DNA of 32,000 nucleotides from Pseudomonas aeruginosa (GTDB lineage Bacteria; Pseudomonadota; Gammaproteobacteria; Pseudomonadales; Pseudomonadaceae): NCBI RefSeq assembly GCF_001457615.1, contig NZ_LN831024.1, positions 5,640,001 to 5,672,000 of the forward strand, read 5' to 3'. Shown piece by piece: positions 7,435 to 14,934 of this stretch (position 1 is its first letter; each line of letters starts with the position of its first letter). The notes under the pieces were generated by a model. It saw only the letters and a program-made list of their open reading frames with translations, ran no database searches and was not told where the DNA came from. The position numbers and the translations under genes were made by a program.

Positions 7435-9381
7435 GTGAATTTCCCGCACCTGTTTAGCCCCCTGGAAATCCGGGGCAAACGCCTGAAAAACCGCATCATG
7501 TCGAGCGGCCACGACACGTCGATGCCTACCGACAACCTGGTCAACGAGCCACTCGTCGCCTATCACCGCGCCCGGGCCCGCGGCGGCGCCGGACTGATCG
7601 TCATGCAGGTGGCCGGGGTCCACGACAGCGCGCGCTACACCTCGCACGTGCTGATGGCCACCGACGATGCCTGCATCCCCGGCTACCGGCGGGTCGCCGA
7701 GGCCTGCCACGCCGAAGGCTGCGTGGTGCTGTCGCAGATCTTCCATCCCGGGCGCGAGATCATGGAGTCCGCCGACGGCCTGCTGGCGGTGGCCTATTCC
7801 GCCTCGGCCTCGCCCAACGAACGGTTCCGGGTGATGCCACGCGAACTCGACCAGCCGCTGATCGACGAGATCGTCGCCGGCTACGCCGCCGCCGCGCGCC
7901 GCCTGCACGAGGCAGGACTGGACGGGGTGGAGGTGGTCGCCAGCCACGGCTACCTGCCGGCGCAATTCCTCAACCCGCGGGTGAACCGCCGCAAGGATGG
8001 CTACAACGGCGACCTCGATGCCCGCCTGCGTTTCCTCCGCGAAGTGCTGGCAGCGGTGCGCGCGGCCACCTCCGAGGACTTCATCGTCGGCCTGCGCCTG
8101 TCCGCCGACGAGCGCGACCCCGAGGGTCTCAGCGAAAGCGAGTCGCTGCAGGCGGCCGAGGCGGTCCAGGGCGAGCTGGACTACCTGCACATCGTCGCCG
8201 GCACTTCGGCCTCCCTCGGCGGCGCCATCCATATCGTCCCGCCGATGGCCATCGAGCCGGCCTACCTGGCCCGCGAAGCCGGTACCTTCAAGGCGCGCCT
8301 GGCGATCCCGCTGTTCGTCACCGGGCGCATCAACCAGCCCCAAGAGGCCGAGGCCATCCTCGCCCGAGGCCAGGCCGACGTCTGCGGCATGACCCGCGCG
8401 CTGATCTGCGACCCGCAGATGCCGAACAAGGCCGAGGCCGGGCGCAGCAACGACGTGCGCGCCTGCATCGCCTGCAACCAGGCCTGCATCGGACATTTCC
8501 ACCGAGGCTATCCGATCTCCTGCATCCAGCACCCGGAAACCGGCCGCGAGCTGACCTACGCAACGCCCAATCCGGCCTCGCGGCGCAAGCGCGTGCTGGT
8601 CGCCGGCGGCGGCCCGGCGGGGATGAAGGCGGCGGCGGTGGCGGCACAGCGCGGCCACGAGGTAGTGCTCTGCGAGGCCGGCGCCCAGCTCGGCGGCCAG
8701 GTCAACCTGGCGCAACTGCTGCCGCGCCGCGCGGAATTCGGCGGCGCCTCCACCAACCTGCAACGGGAGATGCAACTGGCCGGCGTCGAGGTACGCCGCA
8801 ACACGCCGGTCGACCGCGCGCTGGTGGAGCGCGAACGGCCGGACCTGGTGATCGTCGCTACCGGCGCCGAACCCTATTGGCCGCCTTTCGAGCGCGGCGG
8901 CGAGCTGCAGGTGGTGGATGCCTGGCAGGTGCTGCGCGGCGAGGTGCGGGTCGGTCGTTCGGTGCTGGTCACCGACTGGCGGGGCGACTGGATCGGCCCC
9001 GGTATCGCGGAAAAGCTTGTACGCGAGGGCCACCAGGTGCGCCTGGCGGTGAACGGCACCCACTGCGGCGAGAGCCTGCCGCTGTATGTGCGCGACCAGT
9101 TGGCCGGCGAGCTGCACCGCCTGGGTATCCCGGTCACGCCCTACGCCCGCCTGTACGGCTGCGACGATACCACGGTGTACATGCAGCACAGCGCCAGCGG
9201 CGAGGCGATGCTGTTCGAGGAGGTCGATACCCTGGTGCTATGCCAGGGCCACCAGCCGGTGGACCGCCTGGCCGACAGCCTGCACGGCCTGGCGGAGGTG
9301 TTGCGGATCGGCGACTGCCTGGCCCCCCGCACCGCCGAGGAGGCGATCTACGAAGGGCTCAAGGCCGCCTGGAGCATCTGA
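7435..9381 (+). CDS. Fe-S flavoprotein oxidoreductase of the 2,4-dienoyl-CoA reductase / trimethylamine dehydrogenase family (OYE-like FMN barrel + 4Fe-4S + FAD/NAD(P) domain)
   Basis: 648 aa with a GTG start. The N-terminus is OYE-like (LFSPLEIRGKRLKNRIMSSGH, HGYLPAQFLNP). The cluster motif is C-x2-C-x3-C-x11-C (CIACNQACIGHFHRGYPISC). A Rossmann motif follows (VLVAGGGPAGMKAA). Confidence 0.9.
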   Translation: MNFPHLFSPLEIRGKRLKNRIMSSGHDTSMPTDNLVNEPLVAYHRARARGGAGLIVMQVAGVHDSARYTSHVLMATDDACIPGYRRVAEACHAEGCVVLSQIFHPGREIMESADGLLAVAYSASASPNERFRVMPRELDQPLIDEIVAGYAAAARRLHEAGLDGVEVVASHGYLPAQFLNPRVNRRKDGYNGDLDARLRFLREVLAAVRAATSEDFIVGLRLSADERDPEGLSESESLQAAEAVQGELDYLHIVAGTSASLGGAIHIVPPMAIEPAYLAREAGTFKARLAIPLFVTGRINQPQEAEAILARGQADVCGMTRALICDPQMPNKAEAGRSNDVRACIACNQACIGHFHRGYPISCIQHPETGRELTYATPNPASRRKRVLVAGGGPAGMKAAAVAAQRGHEVVLCEAGAQLGGQVNLAQLLPRRAEFGGASTNLQREMQLAGVEVRRNTPVDRALVERERPDLVIVATGAEPYWPPFERGGELQVVDAWQVLRGEVRVGRSVLVTDWRGDWIGPGIAEKLVREGHQVRLAVNGTHCGESLPLYVRDQLAGELHRLGIPVTPYARLYGCDDTTVYMQHSASGEAMLFEEVDTLVLCQGHQPVDRLADSLHGLAEVLRIGDCLAPRTAEEAIYEGLKAAWSI

Positions 9382-9401
9382 GCGGCGCGGCCGCGGCTCC
9401 C

Positions 9402-9430
9402 TCGACGGGTCCCGGCCCAGCCCCTAGAAT
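9402..9430 (+). promoter_or_regulatory. Candidate sigma70 promoter TCGACG-N17-TAGAAT for the XRE-cupin regulator
   Basis: The hexamers were read directly. The same CCCTAGAATG block precedes emrE at 12354-12363. Confidence 0.35.
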
Positions 9431-9458
9431 GCCGCAAACGCAGCCAGGACCCCGCCGC

Positions 9459-10058
9459 ATGCCCCGCCCGTCACCGCCGGACGCCACCGACACGCCGCGC
9501 AGCGAAACGCACTTCCTCGGCACCCGCATCCGCGGCCTGCGCAAGCGCCGCGGCCTGACCCTGGCCGAGCTGGCCGCACAGAGCGAACTCACCGCCGGCT
9601 ACATCAGCCAGTTGGAACGCAACCTGGCGTATCCGTCGATTCCGGCGCTGTTCAACATCGCCCGCAGCCTCGGCGTGACCATCCAGTGGTTCTTCGCCAG
9701 CGAGGCCGCGGTGGACCCGGCGGACGCCGGCTACGTGGTGCGGCGCAACACGCGCATGAGCGTGCATTACGAAGACGGCATCATCGACGAACTGCTCACC
9801 CTGCAGCCCAGCCGCCAGTTGGAGATCCTCCACTCGCGTTTCCCGCCGGGCACCTACAGCCAGCAGAGCTACAGCCATGAGGGCGAGGAAGCCGGCTACA
9901 TCCTCAGCGGAATCTTCGAACTCTGGGTCGGCGACCGCCATTTCCAGCTCCGCGAGGGCGACAGCTTCAGCTACTCCAGCCAGGAACCGCATCGCTACGG
10001 CAACCCGGGCGACAGCGATACCCTGGTGCTCTGGGTGATCACCCCGCCGACGTTCTGA
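9459..10058 (+). CDS. XRE-family HTH regulator with C-terminal cupin domain
   Basis: HTH_3: LGTRIRGLRKRRGLTLAELAAQSELTAGYISQLERNLAYPSIPALFNIARSLGV. Cupin: HEGEEAGYILSGIFELWVGDRHFQLREGDSFSYSSQEPHRYGN. I chose the start at 9459 because AGGA lies 9 nt upstream. The alternative ATG at 9429 sits inside the putative -10 TAGAAT. The 393-aa track ORF overlaps the upstream gene and is rejected. Confidence 0.85.
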   Translation: MPRPSPPDATDTPRSETHFLGTRIRGLRKRRGLTLAELAAQSELTAGYISQLERNLAYPSIPALFNIARSLGVTIQWFFASEAAVDPADAGYVVRRNTRMSVHYEDGIIDELLTLQPSRQLEILHSRFPPGTYSQQSYSHEGEEAGYILSGIFELWVGDRHFQLREGDSFSYSSQEPHRYGNPGDSDTLVLWVITPPTF

Positions 10059-10061
10059 AAC

Positions 10062-10081
10062 GCCCTGTCGCGATGCAGGGC
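10062..10081. terminator. Short hairpin between convergent genes
   Basis: gccctg (10062-10067) pairs with cagggc (10076-10081) around an 8-nt loop. There is no U-tract. Confidence 0.3.
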
Positions 10082-10106
10082 CAGGGGAGGGCCGACGGGG
10101 CGAGCG

Positions 10107-11384
10107 CTACCCGCCGCGCCCGAGCAACCGCGCCAACCCCGCCAGCAGCCGCTCCAGGGCGCCCTGGTTGTTGCGCAGCACCTTCTCTCCGGCAGTGGCC
10201 ATGGCCGTCGCGACCTCCGGCTGCGCCCACAGGCGCGCGAGGCCGTCGCACAGCTCGCCGGCATCCGTCACCTCGAGCAGCGCCCCGGCGTCGCGCAATT
10301 GCGCGGCGATGTCGAGGAAGTTGAACAGGTGCGGACCGGCGAACACCGGCTTGCCCAGGGCCGCCGGCTCCAGCAGGTTGTGCCCGCCGTTGGGCACCAG
10401 GCTGCCGCCGACGAAAGCGATGTCGGCCAGGGCATAGAGGAACAGCAGCTCGCCCATGGTATCGCCGAGCAGCACCTGGGTCGCGCGTGCCACCGGCTCG
10501 CCGCCGGAGCGCCGGACCGTGGCGAAGCCTTCGCGGCGGCATAGCTCGTGGACGCCGGCGAAGCGTTCCGGATGGCGCGGCACCAGGATCAGCAACGCGT
10601 CGGGACGCGTTTCCAGCAGGCGCCGGTGGGCTGCCAGGACGATCTCGTCCTCGCCGGCATGGGTGCTGGCGGCGATCCACAGCGGTCGCGCCGTCGCGTC
10701 CCATTCCTCGCGCAGGGCGGCAGCGGCCAGCGGCAGCTGCGGGTCGATGCGCAGGTCGAACTTGATCGAGCCGGTCACGCTGACGCACTCAGGACGCGCG
10801 CCGAGACGACGGAAGCGCTCGGCCTCGGCCTCGGTCTGCACGGCGATCCAGGACAGCTCGGCGAGCATCGGCCGGGTCAGCCCGGCGAAGCGCGCGTAGC
10901 CACGCGCCGAGCGCTCGGACAGGCGCGCATTGGCCAGCGCCACCGGGATCCCGCGCACGGCGCAGGCATGGATATGGTTGGGCCACAGCTCGGTTTCCAT
11001 GATCACCGCCAGGCGCGGCCGCACCCGGTCGAGGAAGCGCGCCGCCGCCCAGGGCAGGTCGTAGGGCAGGTAGCAGTGCCGGACCTGCTCGCCGAACAAT
11101 GCGCGGATGCGCTCCGAGCCGGTCGGGGTCATGCAGGTGACGGTGACCGGCAGCTGCGGATGGCGCTCCAGCAGCGCCCGCACCATCGGCGCGGCGGCGA
11201 TGCTCTCGCCCACCGAGACGGCGTGCACCCAGATGCCGCCGGGCGGCACCTCGGGCAAGGACAGGGAAAAACGCTCGCCGATGCGCTTGGCATAGGCCGG
11301 CGCCTGGCGCGCGCGCCACCACAGGCGCAACGCCACCAGCGGCAAGCCGAGGTGGAACAGCAGGGTATAGAGGGTACGGTTCAT
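10107..11384 (-). CDS. waaA: 3-deoxy-D-manno-octulosonic acid (Kdo) transferase
   Basis: Start at ATG 11384, 425 aa: MNRTLYTLLFHLGLPLVALRLWWRARQ..., then IWVHAVSVGESIAAAPMV and GGSLVPNGGHNLLEPAALGKPV, typical of WaaA/KdtA. The 560-aa track ORF extends into the LysR gene and is rejected. Confidence 0.92.
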   Translation of the reverse strand: MNRTLYTLLFHLGLPLVALRLWWRARQAPAYAKRIGERFSLSLPEVPPGGIWVHAVSVGESIAAAPMVRALLERHPQLPVTVTCMTPTGSERIRALFGEQVRHCYLPYDLPWAAARFLDRVRPRLAVIMETELWPNHIHACAVRGIPVALANARLSERSARGYARFAGLTRPMLAELSWIAVQTEAEAERFRRLGARPECVSVTGSIKFDLRIDPQLPLAAAALREEWDATARPLWIAASTHAGEDEIVLAAHRRLLETRPDALLILVPRHPERFAGVHELCRREGFATVRRSGGEPVARATQVLLGDTMGELLFLYALADIAFVGGSLVPNGGHNLLEPAALGKPVFAGPHLFNFLDIAAQLRDAGALLEVTDAGELCDGLARLWAQPEVATAMATAGEKVLRNNQGALERLLAGLARLLGRGG

Positions 11385-11419
11385 GGGCGCGCAGCTTAGC
11401 AAAACTCCCGCCGACCGGC

Positions 11420-12304
11420 TCAGCCGATGGCGCGCAGGTGGCGGGTGAAGGTTTCGCCGAGCCAGGCCGCCGCCGGGCCGAGCACCTCGTTGCGCCGCCA
11501 GACCAGTTCGACCACCAGCGCCGGCGGCGTCCAGTCGCTGGTCAGCTCCACCATCAGCCGGTCGTAGGTGGGGTACTGCACCACGTGCCGCGGTAGCCAG
11601 GCCCAGCCGAGGTTGCGCATCAGCAGCTCGGCCATGGAATAGAAGCTGTCCAGCCGCCAGACCTGCGGGCTGATCTGCTCGCCGCCCGGATAGCCGCTCT
11701 GCTGGGGCACGATCAAAAGTTGCCGGTGCTGTGCCAGCTCGCGGCGACTGACCCGTTGCAGCCCGGCCAGCGGGTGGCCGGCACCGCACACCGTGACCAT
11801 CTCGACGCTGCCGAGGCGCCGCCGCTCCAGCGACTCAGGCATGCGCTCATGGTGGAACAGCAGGCCGAGGTCAGCCTGCTCCTCGAGCAAACGACGGGTG
11901 ACGTCACCCTGGCCGCCGCTGGACACCTGCACCTCCAGACTGGGAAAGCGCTGCGCCAGCGCTTCCAGGCTGTCCAGCACCGGCTGGTAGGGCATCGCCT
12001 CGTCCTGGGCCAGGCGCAGCCGCGGCTCCTCGCCGCGCGCCAGCCCCAGCGCGCGCCCCTGCAGGCGCTCGCACTGGCGCAGCACCTCGCGCGCCTCCGC
12101 CAGCAGCACCCGGCCCTCGTCGGTCAGGCGCGGCTGGCGTCCGCTGCTGCGTTCGAACAGGGTGACGCCGAGGTCCGCCTCCAGCAGCGCGATGCCGTTG
12201 CTCACCGCCGATTGCACCCGCTTCAGTTCGCGGGCGGCGGCAGAGAACGACTGGCGCTCGGCGACGCTGACGAACAGGCGGATCTGCTCCAGGTTCCACT
12301 GCAT
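11420..12304 (-). CDS. LysR-type transcriptional regulator
   Basis: 294 aa with N-terminal HTH FSAAARELKRVQSAVSNGIALLEADLGVTLFERS and a LysR substrate-binding domain. It is divergent from emrE. Confidence 0.9.
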   Translation of the reverse strand: MQWNLEQIRLFVSVAERQSFSAAARELKRVQSAVSNGIALLEADLGVTLFERSSGRQPRLTDEGRVLLAEAREVLRQCERLQGRALGLARGEEPRLRLAQDEAMPYQPVLDSLEALAQRFPSLEVQVSSGGQGDVTRRLLEEQADLGLLFHHERMPESLERRRLGSVEMVTVCGAGHPLAGLQRVSRRELAQHRQLLIVPQQSGYPGGEQISPQVWRLDSFYSMAELLMRNLGWAWLPRHVVQYPTYDRLMVELTSDWTPPALVVELVWRRNEVLGPAAAWLGETFTRHLRAIG

Positions 12305-12305
12305 A

Positions 12306-12328
12306 ACCTATCTCCAATACAGATAGGT
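12306..12328. promoter_or_regulatory. LTTR box: perfect 8-bp inverted repeat ACCTATCT-N7-AGATAGGT (contains ATC-N9-GAT / T-N11-A)
   Basis: Read directly. The repeat begins 2 nt upstream of the LysR start codon, in the 84-bp divergent intergenic region. Confidence 0.6.
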
Positions 12329-12356
12329 AACGACTTTATCCCATCCGCCGGCTCCC

Positions 12357-12362
12357 TAGAAT
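12357..12362 (+). promoter_or_regulatory. Candidate -10 element TAGAAT of the emrE promoter (poor -35, as expected for an activator-dependent promoter)
   Basis: TAGAAT lies 27 nt upstream of the emrE ATG, and GGAGG at 12376-12380 serves as the SD. Confidence 0.35.
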
Positions 12363-12388
12363 GGCCGCAGTTTCCGGAGGACCCCGCC

Positions 12389-12721
12389 ATGACCAATTAT
12401 CTCTACCTCGCCATCGCCATCGCCGCCGAAGTGGTCGCCACCACCTCGCTGAAAGCCGTCGCCGGATTCAGCAAGCCACTGCCGCTGCTGCTGGTGGTGG
12501 GCGGCTACGTGCTCGCCTTCAGCATGCTCGTGCTGGTCATGCGCACCCTGCCGGTCGGCGTGGTCTACGCCATCTGGTCCGGGCTCGGCATCGTCCTGGT
12601 CAGCCTGGTGGCGATGTTCGTCTACGGCCAGCGCCTGGACCCCGCGGCCCTCCTCGGTATCGGCCTGATCATCGCCGGCGTGCTGGTGATCCAGTTGTTC
12701 TCCCGCGCTTCGGGGCACTGA
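12389..12721 (+). CDS. emrE: Small multidrug resistance (SMR) efflux protein
   Basis: 110 aa with four TM helices and the essential membrane Glu at position 14 (AIAIAAEVVATTSLK). GGAGG lies 8 nt upstream. Confidence 0.9.
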   Translation: MTNYLYLAIAIAAEVVATTSLKAVAGFSKPLPLLLVVGGYVLAFSMLVLVMRTLPVGVVYAIWSGLGIVLVSLVAMFVYGQRLDPAALLGIGLIIAGVLVIQLFSRASGH

Positions 12722-12732
12722 ACGACCGTCGC

Positions 12733-12764
12733 GGGCGCAGGTTGTATACTGCGCCCTTTCCGTT
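12733..12764 (+). terminator. Rho-independent terminator after emrE
   Basis: gggcgcag (12733-12740) pairs with ctgcgccc (12749-12756) around an 8-nt loop, followed by tttccgtt. Confidence 0.6.
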
Positions 12765-12781
12765 CCCGATAAGGCAGCCCC

Positions 12782-13957
12782 ATGCCCCAAGCCCTTTCCA
12801 CCGACATCCTCATCGTTGGCGGCGGTATCGCCGGCCTCTGGCTGAACGCCCGCTTGCGCCGGGCCGGCTACGCCACCGTGCTGGTGGAAAGCGCCAGCCT
12901 CGGCGGCGGACAGAGCGTGAAGTCGCAGGGGATCATCCACGGCGGCGCCAAGTACGCCCTGCATGGTGCCCTGACCGGCGCCTCCGAAGCCATCGCCGAC
13001 ATGCCGCGGCGCTGGCGCGCCTGTCTCGGCAGCGACGGCGAACTCGACCTGCGGGGCGTGCGCCTGCTTTCCGAGGCGCACTACCTGTGGTCGCCGGGCG
13101 GCCTGGCCGGCAGCCTTACCAGCTTCTTCGCCAGCAAAGCGGTGCGCAGCCGGGTCGAGCAGGCCAAGGGCGAGGGTTTGCCTCCGGCGCTGCGCGACAA
13201 GGGGTTCAAGGGCAAGGCCTACCGCCTCACGGAAATCGTCTTCGACGTCCCCGACCTGATTCGCCGCCTGGCGGAACTGGCCGGCGACAGCCTGCTCGCC
13301 GGCGAACGCATCGAACCGCTGCGCGAAGGCCGGGAACTGGCCGGCCTGTGCGTCGACGGCCGGGAGATCCGTGCCCAGCGCGTGGTGCTCAGCGCCGGTG
13401 CCGGCAACGAGGCGCTGCTCCGCGAACTGGGCCTGGAACAACCGGCCATGCAGCGGCGGCCGCTGCACATGGTGATGGTCAAGGCGGCGACCCTGAAACC
13501 GCTGTACGCCCACTGCCTGGGGGCAGGGCCGAAGCCACGGATCACCGTGACCACCCATCCGACCCGCGACGGCCAGTCGGTCTGGTACCTCGGCGGCGAC
13601 ATCGCCGAAGCCGATGGCGTGGCCCGCGACGAAGCCGCGCAGATCGCCGAAGCGCGTCGCGAACTGGCAAAGCTGCTGCCCTGGATCGACCTCGGCCAGG
13701 CGCAGTGGGCCACCTTGCGGGTGGATCGCGCCGAGCCGGCACAGTCCAACCTGTTGCGCCCGGACAACGCCTTCCTCGCCGAACAGGGACGCCTGCTGGT
13801 CGGCTGGCCGACCAAGCTGGCGCTGGCCCCTGACTTCGCCGACCGGGTCTGCGCCCGCCTGGAAGAAGACGGCATCCGCCCCAGCGAACATGCCGCGCTG
13901 CCGCAACTGCCGCGTCCGCCGCTCGCCGAACCGGCCTGGGAGGTGGCCTTCGCATGA
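12782..13957 (+). CDS. FAD-dependent oxidoreductase (DAO/GlpD-like family)
   Basis: 391 aa with an N-terminal dinucleotide fold, DILIVGGGIAGLWLNARLRRAGYATVLVE. Confidence 0.85.
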   Translation: MPQALSTDILIVGGGIAGLWLNARLRRAGYATVLVESASLGGGQSVKSQGIIHGGAKYALHGALTGASEAIADMPRRWRACLGSDGELDLRGVRLLSEAHYLWSPGGLAGSLTSFFASKAVRSRVEQAKGEGLPPALRDKGFKGKAYRLTEIVFDVPDLIRRLAELAGDSLLAGERIEPLREGRELAGLCVDGREIRAQRVVLSAGAGNEALLRELGLEQPAMQRRPLHMVMVKAATLKPLYAHCLGAGPKPRITVTTHPTRDGQSVWYLGGDIAEADGVARDEAAQIAEARRELAKLLPWIDLGQAQWATLRVDRAEPAQSNLLRPDNAFLAEQGRLLVGWPTKLALAPDFADRVCARLEEDGIRPSEHAALPQLPRPPLAEPAWEVAFA

Positions 13958-14766
13958 TCAGGGATACCCTCCACGACCTGCACCGCCCGCTGGGCGACAC
14001 CGGCCTGGCCGTTTCGCCGCTGGGCCTGGGCACCGTCAAGTTCGGCCGCGACCAGGGAGTGAAGTACCCTTCCGGCTTCACCATCCCCGACGACCGCGAA
14101 GCCGCCGACCTGCTGGCCCTGGCCCGCGACCTCGGCATCAACCTGATCGACACCGCCCCGGCCTACGGCCGCAGCGAGGAACGCCTCGGCCCGCTGCTGC
14201 GCGGCCAGCGCGAACATTGGGTGATCGTCAGCAAGGTCGGCGAAGAGTTCGTCGACGGCCAGTCAGTCTTCGACTTCTCCGCCGCGCATACCCGGCGCTC
14301 CGTCGAACGCAGCCTGAAGCGCCTGGAGACCGAGCGGATCGAGCTGGTGCTGGTGCATTCCGATGGCAACGACCTGGATATCCTCGAGAACAGCGAGGTC
14401 TACCCGACTCTCGCCGCGCTCAAGCGCGAGGGCCTGATCGGCGCCTACGGACTCTCCGGCAAGACCGTCGAAGGTGGCCTGCGCGCCCTGCGCGAGGGCG
14501 ATTGCGCGATGGTCACCTACAACCTGAACGAGCGCGCCGAGCGCCCGGTCATCGAGTACGCCGCGGCCCATGCCAAGGGCATCCTGGTGAAGAAGGCGCT
14601 GGCCAGCGGGCATGCCTGCCTGGGCGCCGGACAGGACCCGGTGCGCGCCAGCTTCGAACTGGTCTTCGACCAGCCGGGCGTCGCCGCCGCCATCGTCGGC
14701 ACCATCAATCCGCTGCACCTGGCCCATAATGTCGCGATGGCCGCGCAAGCCCTGAAAAAGGCCTGA
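13954..14766 (+). CDS. Aldo-keto reductase
   Basis: 270 aa with the AKR active-site region LIDTAPAYGRSEERLG. An ATGA start/stop overlap links it to the upstream gene. Confidence 0.9.
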   Translation: MIRDTLHDLHRPLGDTGLAVSPLGLGTVKFGRDQGVKYPSGFTIPDDREAADLLALARDLGINLIDTAPAYGRSEERLGPLLRGQREHWVIVSKVGEEFVDGQSVFDFSAAHTRRSVERSLKRLETERIELVLVHSDGNDLDILENSEVYPTLAALKREGLIGAYGLSGKTVEGGLRALREGDCAMVTYNLNERAERPVIEYAAAHAKGILVKKALASGHACLGAGQDPVRASFELVFDQPGVAAAIVGTINPLHLAHNVAMAAQALKKA

Positions 14767-14787
14767 ACCATACATCGGCTGCAACAT

Positions 14788-14807
14788 CCGCGGGTTGACA
14801 CCCGCGG
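14788..14807 (+). terminator. Hairpin after the aldo-keto reductase gene
   Basis: ccgcgggt (14788-14795) pairs with acccgcgg (14800-14807) around the 4-nt loop tgac. The following T-tract is weak (tgcatt). Confidence 0.45.
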
Positions 14808-14934
14808 TGCATTCCGCTGCCATGTTCCTCCCGAACGAGCCGTATCCTGCCTGCCGCCCTCGCCTCCGGTGGCCGGTGCATCGAACGTGAGCCTCCGTCC
14901 CGCCCCGGCGCGATGACCCGACAAGGAGCCCCGT

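Noticed and set aside
7333-9189. 618-aa minus-strand ORF
   Set aside because: It is antisense to the Fe-S flavoprotein gene, which has unambiguous cofactor motifs. Its sequence is low-complexity and rich in Ala, Gly, Arg and Asp.
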